Assembly (NCBI RefSeq): GCF_001194135.2
Contig: NC_068987.1
Span: forward strand, 4,600,792 to 4,664,326
Direction: 5' to 3'
DNA from: Octopus bimaculoides
Taxonomy: Eukaryota
Length of the DNA: 63,535 nucleotides
Part shown: in pieces, positions 12,563-24,875 of the stretch
Layout of the letters: every line of letters starts with the position of its first letter
Position numbering within the stretch: the first letter of the stretch is position 1
Made by a program: the position numbers and the translations under genes
The notes under the pieces: model-generated
Database searches by the model: none
What the model saw: the letters and a program-made list of their open reading frames with translations, nothing else
What the model was told of the DNA's origin: nothing

Positions 12563-14722
12563 AAGCATACACATACGCTATTTCATTTCTATGGTTGTTC
12601 TTCAGTGCTTTGGTCTAGCGTTCTCTTCGGTACTTTCATTGAGATGAAGAACATGAGAACAGTTCTAAAATGTTTACAAGACAATGTGTGTGTGTGACAA
12701 GATCCCTTTTTAATTTAATGTCAATGATAAAATCTGATTTCCTAATTAAAATACCGAAATATTGGCATATGTAGAATGGGAAAATTACTATTGGTGCCAT
12801 TTTCATCGTGACCAATATGTAGCACTAACCTTAATTTGGACACAAAGTCCTTTACACTTTAGCATTTAAACTAGTCTGACCCAGGCCAAAATTCTGTCTT
12901 ATGCTTAAATTGGCTAGATCCAGCCTCTCACACCTACTCTACAATGTTATTCTAAAAATATACAATCATGTCATTGAAGAAATAAGCTTCACATTTGACA
13001 GACTAATCAGAATGATCAAAAGTTAAAGTACAAGCTGCAGCAATGGACGCAATAGATAAGAAATTGCACAGTTTGAACCTTTCTTAGGGACCATGCTGTT
13101 ATCCCATCAAAAAACATAGTTGTTATTTAACCCCAAGTGAGGTCTGATTGAGCAGAGTTATGATTAAAAACATTCCAAACATGACAATTCCATCTATTTA
13201 GCATGATGGAATGTGTCCTAACTTTCTTAAGATTGTAAGAGGTGCAATTTGGTGGAATTTAGCTGCTATTTCTAGAAGCTCAAGCATTTGCATAGAGGCA
13301 CCCACATTGTTTAAAGCATGGATGTTGCTGTTCATTTTATTCTTTTGTCTCAAGAAGGCAGTCCTGATAAAGCAGAGCTTCAGTCAAGGGCTTTCCAGAT
13401 GTAACCATTTTGAATTTTTTTTTTTTTTAGACATAGTCTCCCTATAGATATACTACAACTCAGACAACACTAATTTCTGTTTCTTTCTTTCTTTTAAGGC
13501 AGTAAGATGTAATTCAAGTATTTGGATAGAAATGTTGTCTGCTATTTCTAGCAAGCCAAGTAACCATAAAGAGGATATCCATTGACTTGAGATATATAGA
13601 TGCATAAAAACAAGGTTTTGAGAAAATAAAAAATAACTAAATATTGGAAATGATATCAGTTTTTTGGTTCAAGAATTGGACAGTTTTTTAACTAATGCCA
13701 AAATAAGGGATATTGTGACAGAAAAATAAAATGGTAGACAGACTAATCAATGTTAACGAGAAGATAATCTACGTTTATGAAAACTTAAAATTTGAGATGA
13801 AATATTTAAAATATAATGAAGTAGAAAAAGAAAAATGTTGCAAGAGGGTGAGACAAACCCATAGCTTTTTATTGTAAATGCTTTTGTTTTAACTCTAAGA
13901 TTTTGAATTTCTTTACCACAAACAAGTGTTCTTCAAATAAATCATACACAAAAAAAAAAAATCCAAAAACACAAATGTACAAAGAACTAAATAACATTCA
14001 AATATTGTTTTAGACATCATCGGCAAAGTGGAATTGTATAAAGACACAAACATGATTTTGTGGCCTTTTTTTTTTTTTTTAATACCTCGTTGTCAAAGAT
14101 GTAGCTTTAAAGAATGATGTTTTGAAAACATATAATTTATTTATTTATGTTACAAAAATAAAACTAAACTAATTTTCCTTTTTTTTTTTTTTTTGAAGAC
14201 CAAATTGTTGTCTTTATTTTATAAAATAAATATAAAATTAATTTGAGATATGTTTCTAAATTTTTAGATTAGAAAACATATTCATAAAAAGAATAGTTTT
14301 AATATATTAAAAATGCTAAATAAAAAGAGAAATAACAATATATTACACACACACACACATTTATAGATACACATACATACATATAAACTATTTATTTAGC
14401 ATGTTTGTTAACATATTAAAACATTTTATTTATTTAAATATTCAAATGAGCAAAAGTAAAAATATATTGATAAATATAAATAGATTCAAATTAATCAAAA
14501 TCGAAAGTTAAGTAATTGTATTTAAGGAGAATATTACTAAAACAATTTGTAGTTGTTGGTATTCTTTAAGCTAGCTCCTCAAACAAGCCAAAAAAAAAAA
14601 AAAAAGCTTGGATGTCACCATGCAATTAAACAATCCCTTACTTACCTCAATGCAGTTAAATCCATACAAAAATTGATCCAAGGTACAATTATGTAGTTGA
14701 ACCAACAAAAGGATATACTTAC

Positions 14723-14728
14723 AGACAT
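14723..14728 (-). CDS. Candidate alternative first coding exon end: Met-Ser then a phase-0 donor
   Basis: aaaccATGTCT|GTAAGT: A at -3, perfect intronic donor consensus, and no AG acceptor in the pyrimidine-rich stretch immediately upstream. Confidence 0.5.
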
Positions 14729-15420
14729 GGTTTAAGTGAATTGAGAAGAAAAAATCAGAAGACAGGTAACCCCTCTTAACTACTTTCTGTTGCAAAAAAC
14801 ACTCCACTGAGCTAGCTACAATCGGTACAGGGTCTTAAATAGCTGCTTGGCTATGGTATGGTCTTAGGTCTCAGAATGTTTCTTTCAAGATTATTATAGA
14901 TTGGCACCGTACCAAAATGTTGTTCTATATCGAAAAAAAAAAGTATCAGTGGCAGGTATTACTGTAAGAGGATCACATGACATGATACCCCATTCGGCAT
15001 CAGAAAAGGTAGTAACTCCACATGTAATGCACACCGGTTGAGGTAACAAGCAAATAGTTACAACTGACAAACAGTAGTAGAGAACCGATAGCAGAGAGCT
15101 ATCGGTACTATGCAACAACAATTCAGCCAGCCAGGCCAAATGGAAAACATCAGAACCATTCTCTGCCCAACATCTTTTTCTTTCCTAATTACCATTGCCA
15201 CCATCACTATATAAGTTTTCTCTTTTATTTTTATTTCCTGTAAATTGTATTTATTTTATTATTTATTATTATTTTTTTTTTTTGTTTCTTTCAGATGCTG
15301 TGTGAGAAACCAAAGCATAAGAGAGAAACGAAAATACAGAGGGAGAGAAGAGAGAAAGAAAGAAAGTGAGAGAGAAAGAGAGGTGGGAGAGGGGGGGCTT
15401 GGGAGTTGCTAGCTATCTAT
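14729..15420 (-). promoter_or_regulatory. Candidate internal promoter / 5' UTR region
   Basis: Non-repetitive sequence upstream of the ATG-TCT donor, with a GA/CT-rich tract at about 15320-15400 and a 9-bp hairpin at 15084-15106. TSS not determined. Confidence 0.3.
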
Positions 15421-16360
15421 ATCAGACCAGAAATACCCCAGCTATGTAATATGAGAAACATTCCTACCCTGGTGTTCTTTTAAACATTTATGTCTACCCT
15501 TATCACAAACCAACTCCATCATCATCATCATCACTATGGCTGTCACCAGAGCATTGTTATCCCTATCACTTCCCCACCACCACCCCTCCTGTCAAATAGA
15601 TTGTTCTAGTAATAACAATTAACTAACAAGGTTAATAATGCTTTCATATGGTTTTTAAAAACTACAATATTATACATTCAAGTGGAAATATAAATAGAAG
15701 CTGTAACATTTCTTAAAAGAAGGTCAATAATCCTATTAGAAAGAAATGCTTTTAACCTGTGTTTCATTGTGCACTTTGCATGTACACGTAGCAACAGGCA
15801 AAGCTGGATTGGATGACAGTGAACCAGTGATGGGGTTACAAATGGTGATGAAAGGACTGACAAACTGACTGATTGATCAAATGATCAACTAATCACGCTT
15901 ATGGTTTGATTAGTTATTTAATTAACTAACAATAAGATGCAACAAATTATAATCAGTGCGTGTGTTTTTATTGGCAAAATGATCCTCCCAAGATACAACA
16001 ATATATATATATATGATTATACCCTTTGTACTTCAGTATCTGCTTTGGTATGGTTTCTGCAGCTAGATGCCCTTCCTAATGCCAACCACTTTATTGAATG
16101 TACTAGGTGCTTTGTTCATACCACCAGCGCTAGTGGGGGGCCACCATACCATTTGCAAGACTATGAACTACTCTAAGTAACCATATCAACATGTGGTCAG
16201 AATGTTCTAGTAGATCTGTGCATGTTTCTAGAACATGAGGATCACTCTACACACTACCAATAAGCAGTGTCATTGAGTACTTTCCCAAGGGTCTCATGGG
16301 TTTAGGGACCTCAATTCTGATCTATGTATGTTGTGGTTTGTTGTCAATAAGTAAATATCA

Positions 16361-16517
16361 TAAGGGCCGGTGTACCAATTTGCCTGGGGGCCTCATAGAT
16401 CTAAGGGCCCTCATAGGTCTGGCGGCACAATTCCTATTTATGTATTACTGTCAGTAAATATAGGGCCCAAGATATTGATTTGCCCAGGGGCTTTATAATA
16501 CTGCTAAGACAGCCCTA
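16361..16517. mobile_element. Probable hAT-like MITE remnant
   Basis: GC-rich gggccc / gcccagggg motifs ending in ...TAAGACAGCCCTA. Confidence 0.35.
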
Positions 16518-17951
16518 GTAATAGACCCCTTCTGGTGTTACTAGAACTGGTAGAACTAAAGAAGTAATTGAATATAGTCTTTGGGAACGAAACCTAAACT
16601 AATTCAACAATTATTTCTTTAAATTTCAGTGTGAAGCTATCTCAATGTTTAGGACAAAAATTCCTGTCTTGTTTTTAAAATGAGACAGGAATTTAGAAAC
16701 TAGGAAATCTAGAACTACGTGATTAAAGAAAGCAATATCTGAAATCTAAAAAAATAATAGAAAATATATTTGAAATGAAACAAAAATTAGTTTGTACCTT
16801 TGTGTTTTTTTTTAATACAATGTCTTCACTGAAATAAATGTAAGTATTTATGATAACCATGGCAGAATTTGAAAATATTTAAAAGTCAGGCTGGATTGAT
16901 AGCATTGAAAGTGATTTTATTACAATACAAAATAAAAATNNNNNNNNNNNNNNNNNNNNNNNNNNNNNNNNNNNNNNNNNNNNNNNNNNNNNNNNNNNNN
17001 NNNNNNNNNNNNNNNNNNNNNNNNNNNNNNNNNNNNNNNNNNNNNNNNNNNNNNNNNNNNNNNNNNNNNNNNNNNNNNNNNNNNNNNNNNNNNNNNNNNN
17101 NNNNNNNNNNNNNNNNNNNNNNNNNNNNNNNNNNNNNNNNNNNNNNNNNNNNNNNNNNNNNNNNNNNNNNNNNNNNNNNNNNNNNNNNNNNNNNNNNNNN
17201 NNNNNNNNNNNNNNNNNNNNNNNNNNNNNNNNNNNNNNNNNNNNNNNNNNNNNNNNNNNNNNNNNNNNNNNNNNNNNNNNNNNNNNNNNNNNNNNNNNNN
17301 NNNNNNNNNNNNNNNNNNNNNNNNNNNNNNNAGGAAAATAAAAATAAGAAATAAGTGGAAATTTTATCGGTGAGTGTGTTAAATTTTAAGGCACAATAAG
17401 AAAATGACTCTCCCCAGACACAACAGAATATGCTTCAACACACGAAATCACATAAAAAATCTTGCAAACCAAATCCAAAAACGAAATATATATATGTATA
17501 TATATATATATATATGTGAGAACTAAGTTGTGTGCAGCTAACAAAAATGGTTATTTGGACCAAGTTATTTAATTGTCCACAAACTGAAATCTTTATTGGC
17601 CTAACAGAATCATTTAAAGATTATGACCTACATACGGATAGAAAAACAGCTCACATCATCTAGAGAATAGAACTATGAAGCAAATGAAACAAGGCTCAGT
17701 TCCATGAATTCCAACAAAGACTGAATTTTTTGTTTTTTTTTGTTTCTTGTTTCCTCACTTTTCCATTATTATGCTACGCACGATTAAAAAAAAAAAACAA
17801 GCAGATGTTACTAACATCTTCCAACCTAATTATATCCTCAACAACACAGAGAGCATATGCTGTGTTTATGGAACTGACACAGAACACATAAAATTAGACC
17901 ATATTTTTGAGATGCTGGTGGAATCTCTTGAGCTAGATGCACATAGTATAC

Positions 17952-17957
17952 TTTATT
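17952..17957 (-). terminator. Candidate polyadenylation signal AATAAA for the alternative last exon
   Basis: AATAAA on the minus strand, 74 nt after the TGA at 18033-18031. Confidence 0.4.
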
Positions 17958-18030
17958 TATGCAAGCTGGCAATGCACCAGACAGAATTATAGAATAACAC
18001 AAGATGCCCCAATGCATCATGGAAGTATGT

Positions 18031-18114
18031 TCACAGTTCTTCTATGAAATCTCGGGTTTCAGTCAACTGGCAGCCAAAGATGTCAGTTGTTTCAACAATA
18101 TTAGAGGCTCGAAG
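18031..18114 (-). CDS. Candidate alternative terminal exon: LRASNIVETTDIFGCQLTETRDFIEEL*
   Basis: Acceptor ggttctcattgctgcatacag|CTT in phase 0, matching the upstream exon; 27 codons, then TGA, then AATAAA. Confidence 0.55.
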   Translation of the reverse strand, partial: LRASNIVETTDIFGCQLTETRDFIEEL

Positions 18115-18541
18115 CTGTATGCAGCAATGAGAACCGAACATACATACCCTATATAACTAAGCTTCTACCTTTTATTTGTTTCAGTCACTGGACTGCGGCC
18201 ATGCTTCAGCACTGCCTTGGAGGGTTTCAAACAAACAGATGAACCCCCAATACAAGTATTTTTTGAAGTCTAGGATTTATTCTACTTATTTTTTGCTGAA
18301 CCGCAAGCTGAAGGGGTAATGATCAAAACACACACACACACACACACACACACGGACATATATTTAATGATGGCTTAGCAGGTCAAAACTTCAAAGTTAC
18401 TGTCAATAATATTCTTGTTAAAGAATAATAAATTTGTGCTCCATCAAATGCACATCAGTTTGATGTAAAATTGTTTTTATTATAACATAAAAGCAAACAT
18501 TAATATATCTATCTATCTATCTATATCTATTTATCTATCTA

Positions 18542-18631
<90 letters not shown>

Positions 18632-19219
18632 TATATATTGTTACTATTATGTTGAACTGTCGTATGTCAAATGTCACCAAATGCATTTTTTCCAATATTT
18701 ATTTTTGCTTGCCATAACTGGTTCTTTTGGTCAAACTATCGTATCTACAGCTGCTTCAGATGCCAAGATATCAAGATTTTGTCAAAGTGTAGTACAACGG
18801 TTTTGCTATGGACTGGTGAAACTATTTTTTTGCATTTTCTGAAAAGACGTTTTGAACTTACGACGCTTTTGCGTTATAGCAACAATATATGTGATGGCTT
18901 TGTTGAGAAGAACTAATAAGACCAAAACATGTCCATAATTTTCAATAGTTAGTTTTAAAGACAAGACTCAGTCCAACATTGGTATGGATCCTGGGTTTAA
19001 AACTAACTGATAAAACTAATGTATATATCTATCTTTATTTTCTGAAAATTTCAATTGGCTGTTATTATTAGAATTATCTCCCTTAGTTGCTTCTTTATAT
19101 ATATATATATTTTAAACACTATGTTGATTTTGTCAAATAAACTCACAGTTAAAGTTTCTGAATACAACATGTGTTAAATATGTAACACCCTAACATGAAT
19201 ATGAGATGTGTCTCTGCCA

Positions 19220-19482
19220 ACAGCTATAGGCAACAGTGGTAGTGGTTGTGGTGGTGGTGGTGATGATGTTGGAGATGATGGTGGTGGTGATGATGGTGGG
19301 AGTGATGATCATGATCATGATGATGATGATGATGACGATGATGATGGTGGTGGTGGTGATGATGATGGTGGTGGTTGTGGTGGTGGTGGATGCAGCAGAA
19401 CCAGCCAAGTTAGTGATAAGGCAAATGAGAGTAAGAAAGAAAAAAAAAATAAATAAATAAATAAAATAATAATAATAATAAT

Positions 19483-19519
<37 letters not shown>

Positions 19520-19520
19520 G
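19220..19520. repeat. Compound (GGT/GAT/AAT)n microsatellite
   Basis: Trinucleotide runs. Similar tracts at about 5890-5970, 6157-6216, 11540-11810 (CA/TA), 41628-41705, 53760-53990, 54235-54310, 56760-56840 (GAGT) and 62264-62452. Confidence 0.95.
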
Positions 19521-20581
19521 TCTGATGATGTATTATCATCAGAAATGAAAGAAAAACTATTTTAAAGAATGTCACATTAATGAGAGCATATAAAGTGGAA
19601 CAATACCATTGAAACTAGCAGAAAGAACATTGTGTACGCATATATGTATGTATGTATGTATGTATGTGTGCATGTGTGTGTATGTATGGATGTTTGTATA
19701 TGCACACAAGTACAAATGGCAGTGATGAAAAATAAAGGTAACCTGACTGTTAATGATTACCTCAGGTAGCAACAGAAGACCTGTTGTGTTTTTGTATTTT
19801 TTGTATTTTCATGTTGCCAAACATTTGACACGCTCCCAGAAAGCAGTTAAGAGTGAACCATGTCAAATGATTCTATCTTAAAACTGATTTATACTCGTCA
19901 TACAAACATACATTCATTGCATACACACATATATTATACACACACATGTATATTGTACATACGCACAACCAATTGCTACGTGACCCACACCCAGGTAACA
20001 TCTGATGCCTTATTTATAGTTTTTTGGTACTAGATGTGGAACCTTCACCACCAGCATCACCACCACCACCACCACCACCAACACCACCACCACCACCAGC
20101 ATCACTACACAAATAGATGGCATAGCTGCAAGAGCTGACATGAAACAGTGTATGAAGAGTTTGGAAATTTGAGAACCGATATAATGATGTCTTCTTGAGA
20201 AACAAAACAAAACAAAAAAAAAAGACAGGTAGTGGTGATAATGATGATGTTGATGATGATGATGAAGTGAAGAATGCAGAAGAGGAGGATTTCGAAGAGG
20301 TGCAGGATGAGAATAGTAAAAGAGGGTTTATAAAGCTTAAGACACTTAATTAAGTTGTATAACGAATGAAGTGTAATTATTAGGAAACACGATTTGTTTT
20401 GTTATCAGTTGCTTATATTTCTTCTGTTATCTCAACACTATCAGAAAATGAGAGAAAAGATACTTTTACCAGTCACTAATCATGTATATATTATGTGAGT
20501 AATGTTGTAGTAGTAGTAGTAGCTGTAGTAGTAACAGTAATAATAACAGTGATGATGATAATAATAATAATACCAACAAAA

Positions 20582-20614
<33 letters not shown>

Positions 20615-21804
20615 GTTAGCTGGCACATTTCACTGAAGTCAACTTTGCCTCTCACCCTTTAAGGGTTAGTAAAATAAGTATTATTTGAGCACTGGGGTCA
20701 ACGCAGTCAACAAGCCCTCACCCCTAAAATTCCAGGTTTTGTGCCTATAGTAAAAAGAATTATCATTATTATCATTGTTATCATTATTATTATTATTATT
20801 ACTATCTTTATTATTATTGTTATTATGCGGTGCGTAAAAATATGAGAATTATTGAAACATCTCTTTACATGTTTGTTTCTTCGACAGCCTTGGAAAGCTA
20901 AAAGTTTCTATTAATATATTAATATCTGTAGAACCTGCTGCCACTCCACTGCTGTATTACCGTACTACTAACTAAATAACTTATCTCACCATCGTGATTA
21001 GTAACAATAATAGAATTTAGATAACATCATCCCACATACCTCAATACACAATTTACACCACATTTCATGCTCATATTAAATAGTTTTGCATAGATTTTCC
21101 AGATCAGCCTAGCCTTTGTTTTTTTCTCTTTCACCGTTTGAAGAACATTTGTATAAAATATGTATTTTATCTATTCCAAGAAAGAAAATAAAACCCAGCC
21201 AAACAAGCTGCTTCTTAAACTGCTCATTGTAGCCCATCTCTTAATCTCAATTACATCGAAGCCTTAGTTTTGAGTCCCAAATCTCAAAGAGCACTGATGG
21301 CATGACAGACACATTGATATCGGAGCAAAATTAGCTCCAGGAAGGCCCAATTTTGCATATAGAATCTGATGGCATAACATAGAAGACAAATGATCATATT
21401 AGACACATTTCAATTTCAGCAGCACATGTTCAGGAAAAAGTGAACATCAGAAACAAAATTAGCTTATAGGAGGCCCAACTTTGCATAAAGAACTCAGGGT
21501 GATTTTTTGAGATTTTTTTGGGGGAAAAATGGGTGCCATCAAATACAGTATCTGCAAAATGACAAATGGATAAGCTAGTTTAATACTAGTTTAACAATTT
21601 GTCTATCTCAACTAGCGCTGTACCAACTATTTTCTCATGGAATACTGATCAGCATTAATAATCTTCCAGAATTTATTCTAGATTCCTGTATTCCATTCCA
21701 AGTTCAACTCCTACTGATGCCATGTATGACTTTTATTCTACCAGGAATAAATTGGTGAAACCGTTAGAGCATTGGATGAGGTGCCTTGCTGCAGTTGCTC
21801 TAGT

Positions 21805-22036
21805 TTGTCCTCATCTTGTTTGTTGTTAACACGTTTTGGCTGGTATACCTTCCAGCCTTCATCAGGTGTCTTGGGGAAATTTCGAACCTGGGCTCTCATT
21901 CCTTAGGTATTTTTCGATGTTATTATTATTATTATTATTATTCAGGTCACTGCCTGGAATCAAACTCAGAATCTTGGGGTTTGTAGCCCGTGCTCTTAAC
22001 CACTACACCATATGCCCGTCAAATGTAAATAATGTA
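21805..22036 (-). mobile_element. Family A element with tRNA-like head, (AAT)n linker, degenerate hammerhead (21826-21870) and inverted end copy
   Basis: A-box-like TGGTGTAGTGG (22010-22000) and B-box-like GAGTTTGATTCC (21967-21956). The body matches the 35.7 kb and 41.5 kb copies. GAAA has decayed to AAAA. Confidence 0.75.
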
Positions 22037-22503
22037 ACTAAATTAGGTTTGTATTATGCCCCAAGAGGGATGAAAATCAGAGTTAGCACCAATGAGATTT
22101 GACATAGGGGTTTTTATCTTTCAAAATAGATTTGCCTGAAATCTAGGAGAATGTTCAGTGCTTCAATAACCGAGAGTTAGGTGCAAAGTAATGGAAACCA
22201 GTTTGTGATATGATTTACTGCAGCTGAGTGAAGCAATTACTAGAGGAAACCTAAGTAAGCAGATTCTTACAAGAACCCTACAGTGGCAGTGCGATAGAGA
22301 GAGAGAGAGAGAGAGAGAGAGTGGAGAGAGAGGTGAGAGAAAGAAGCTAAAGACATCAGGTAAGCATTGAGCAACAATATAGAAAATAACTGTAATTGAT
22401 ATATTTCAAGGGGGGGGGGGAATATGTTTATTTTGGTTCACAAAAAAAAGAAAAAAATGAGAGAGAGAAAGAAAAAAAGAACAGAAAGNNNNNNNNNNAT
22501 ATG

Positions 22504-22544
<41 letters not shown>

Positions 22545-23522
22545 ATATGTGTGTGTGTGTGTGTGTGTATATGTATATGTGTGTGTGTGTGTGTGTATGT
22601 GTGACCAAAATGCTCATTAAAGTATTCTTAGGTGTTTTGCTACTTAAAGATGAAAGCTAGTCAAACGTATAAAAGAATTATGGGAGTGATGATGAAGATG
22701 AGGATATAAGGGATAACGATAGGGATGATGATGATGATGATGATGACAGTAATAAATAAGGATGATGGTGGTGGTGGTAGTAGTGGTGGTGGTGGTGATA
22801 AGCATGACAACACTACCAATACATAAAATTTGTTACGTATCTTCTTAATCTTGAATCATGCAACACAAGGCCAGAGTTCTGAAAATGTTACTCCAGAAAT
22901 GCTATTTCGCTGCAAATATGCAGGGATGCAAATGGCAATTTATGCGCGGCAATGCTCGTTTTCCCCTTAAACTTTTGACCTTCCAAGTTTGGGTAAAGTA
23001 TGCAACTATTATTAAAACTAATATTTGGCAACTATGCTGAACTGCTGCCGGCTACTAGCATAGAAGTTACCTTTTTTTTTTTATTTATTTGTGTTGGTTT
23101 TGTTCTGTTTTTTTTTTCTTTTGGTTTTTGTTCTTTATTTCTTCTATAGTTTTATCCCCTTCCATCTAACCCATGAAATGTTATTCTGCTTAGAAAGTCT
23201 CGGAAGAGATACAAAATGGCAACATTTTTAAGACTGGAAGGAAGGAAGGAAGGAAGTGAAAGAGGAAGTGGGCAGGAAAGGTGAATCTGTTTGACCCTCC
23301 TGCCTGTCTGTTGTCTGTCTGGAGAAGGCAATTACTGAAGCGAAATCACAGGCAAAATATATATATATAAGAAATGTGAGTTTCTGACAGCTTTGCCAAG
23401 GTGAAGGTGAACAGCACGCCAATTAAAATGGCTAAATCATATTGGAGATGTTTGAGAAGATGGAAGTAGAGCTGTCTATAACATTGCCTAACAGACAAAT
23501 GCGTGATACATATATATTTCAT

Positions 23523-23560
<38 letters not shown>

Positions 23561-24650
23561 TATGAACAGTAGTAACACTACTCAGAGTTTAATAATCTGG
23601 CAGTTATTCTATAAAGAGGATTAAGACATTTACAATATTGATATTTCATTCCTTCTTGATTAAAATAGTTTGTAGCCATTGTACTAATGTTGTTGTTGTT
23701 ATTGAGTTCCAAGCCATCAGATTCAACAGATCTTTGCTCAAAAGCTTCCCAGGTGTGGTTATCATATCTTTATTTCTGTCACAGTGCAACTTGGACTACA
23801 TCATTCAATGTCGCCTACCCTTTTTTTTAAAGACGGTAGAATGTGATTATTGAGAGACATTTGGCAGTTATTTCTAGCAAAATCAGTGACCACATAAAGC
23901 ACCCTTGTGGTGCCTGAATAACTCAGTCAGTAGAACAACAGCTCAGCCATCATCATACTACACACACACACAAAATGGGCTTCAGTACAGTTTCCATCAA
24001 TCAAATTCACTCACGAGGCAATGTTCTGTTCAGGGCTATTTGTAGAAGACGTTTGCCCGAGGTACCATGTGGTTCCAAAGCAAGCTTCATCTGCTAATCT
24101 TTCATGTTTAACATGTACAATACATTAATCTACTTAGCGATTTTCTCATATCCCTACTTTCACAAGAATGGTGAGAAGGTTTAACGCCTGTTTTCCAAGC
24201 TGTCATGGGTTGGATGGTTTGACAGGGGCTAGCCAGCTGGAGAGCTGCACCAGGCTCCAATTGTCTTGGTTTCGACAGCTGGATGCCCTTCCTAATGCCA
24301 ACCACTTTACAGAGAGTCCTGGGTGCTATTTTACGTGGCACCATCACAAGTGCTTTGCATATTAAACCAGAAGCACATACTTTATCATGTTTATATGGAT
24401 TAATTCATGTTGGCAACAACTACATTTAAGCAAATTAGGGCCGATAACATTAAGCAGAGGATATAAGAGTATCAGGGAACTTTTGATTCTAAGCAGAAAA
24501 TTTTAAAGATAACCATTTGCAAAAGAGAAAACCATACCGAAAGCAACAGAGAACAGGAATGGAAAGAACGAGAGAAACAGAGAGAGATAGAGAGAGACAG
24601 AGAGAGAAAAGGAAGAAAGTAGCTCAACTTTTGAATTCCCAATTACTTAC

Positions 24651-24830
24651 CCTTTTGCGTCTTTCTTCTGCTTCTCGTTTCTTGCGTTCTTCTTCCTCTT
24701 TCTTCTGCTGTTCGTCTTCTGCCTGTCGTCTTACAGCTTCTTCGGCAGCACGTTTTTCTTCTTTGATCTTTCTTTGAGCCTCTTCTGCTTCTCGGCGTTC
24801 CCTTTCCTCAGCTTCCTTCTTTCGGCGTTC
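24651..24830 (-). CDS. ER/K exon, 60 codons, phase 0/0: ERRKKEAEERERREAEEAQRKIKEEKRAAEEAVRRQAEDEQQKKEEEERKKREAEERRKR
   Basis: Acceptor attgcatttag|GAA and donor AGG|GTAAGT. Alternating E and R/K blocks as in single-alpha-helix domains. Confidence 0.92.
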
Positions 24831-24875
24831 CTAAATGCAATCGACCAGTTTTTGAACGATGAATAAAGCAGAAAC

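Noticed and set aside
15280-15380. Strong plus-strand acceptor (tttgtttctttcag) followed by ATG
   Set aside because: Leads into a GA microsatellite and a stop after 24 codons; no partner exons found on the plus strand.
19190-19575. Gly/Asp-rich and poly-M/V/I ORFs (also 62180-62543)
   Set aside because: Trinucleotide microsatellites open in several frames, with no splice signals.
20222-20352. Plus-strand acidic reading (GDNDDVDDDDEVKNAEEEDFEE)
   Set aside because: GAT/GAA simple-repeat origin, with no acceptor or start.
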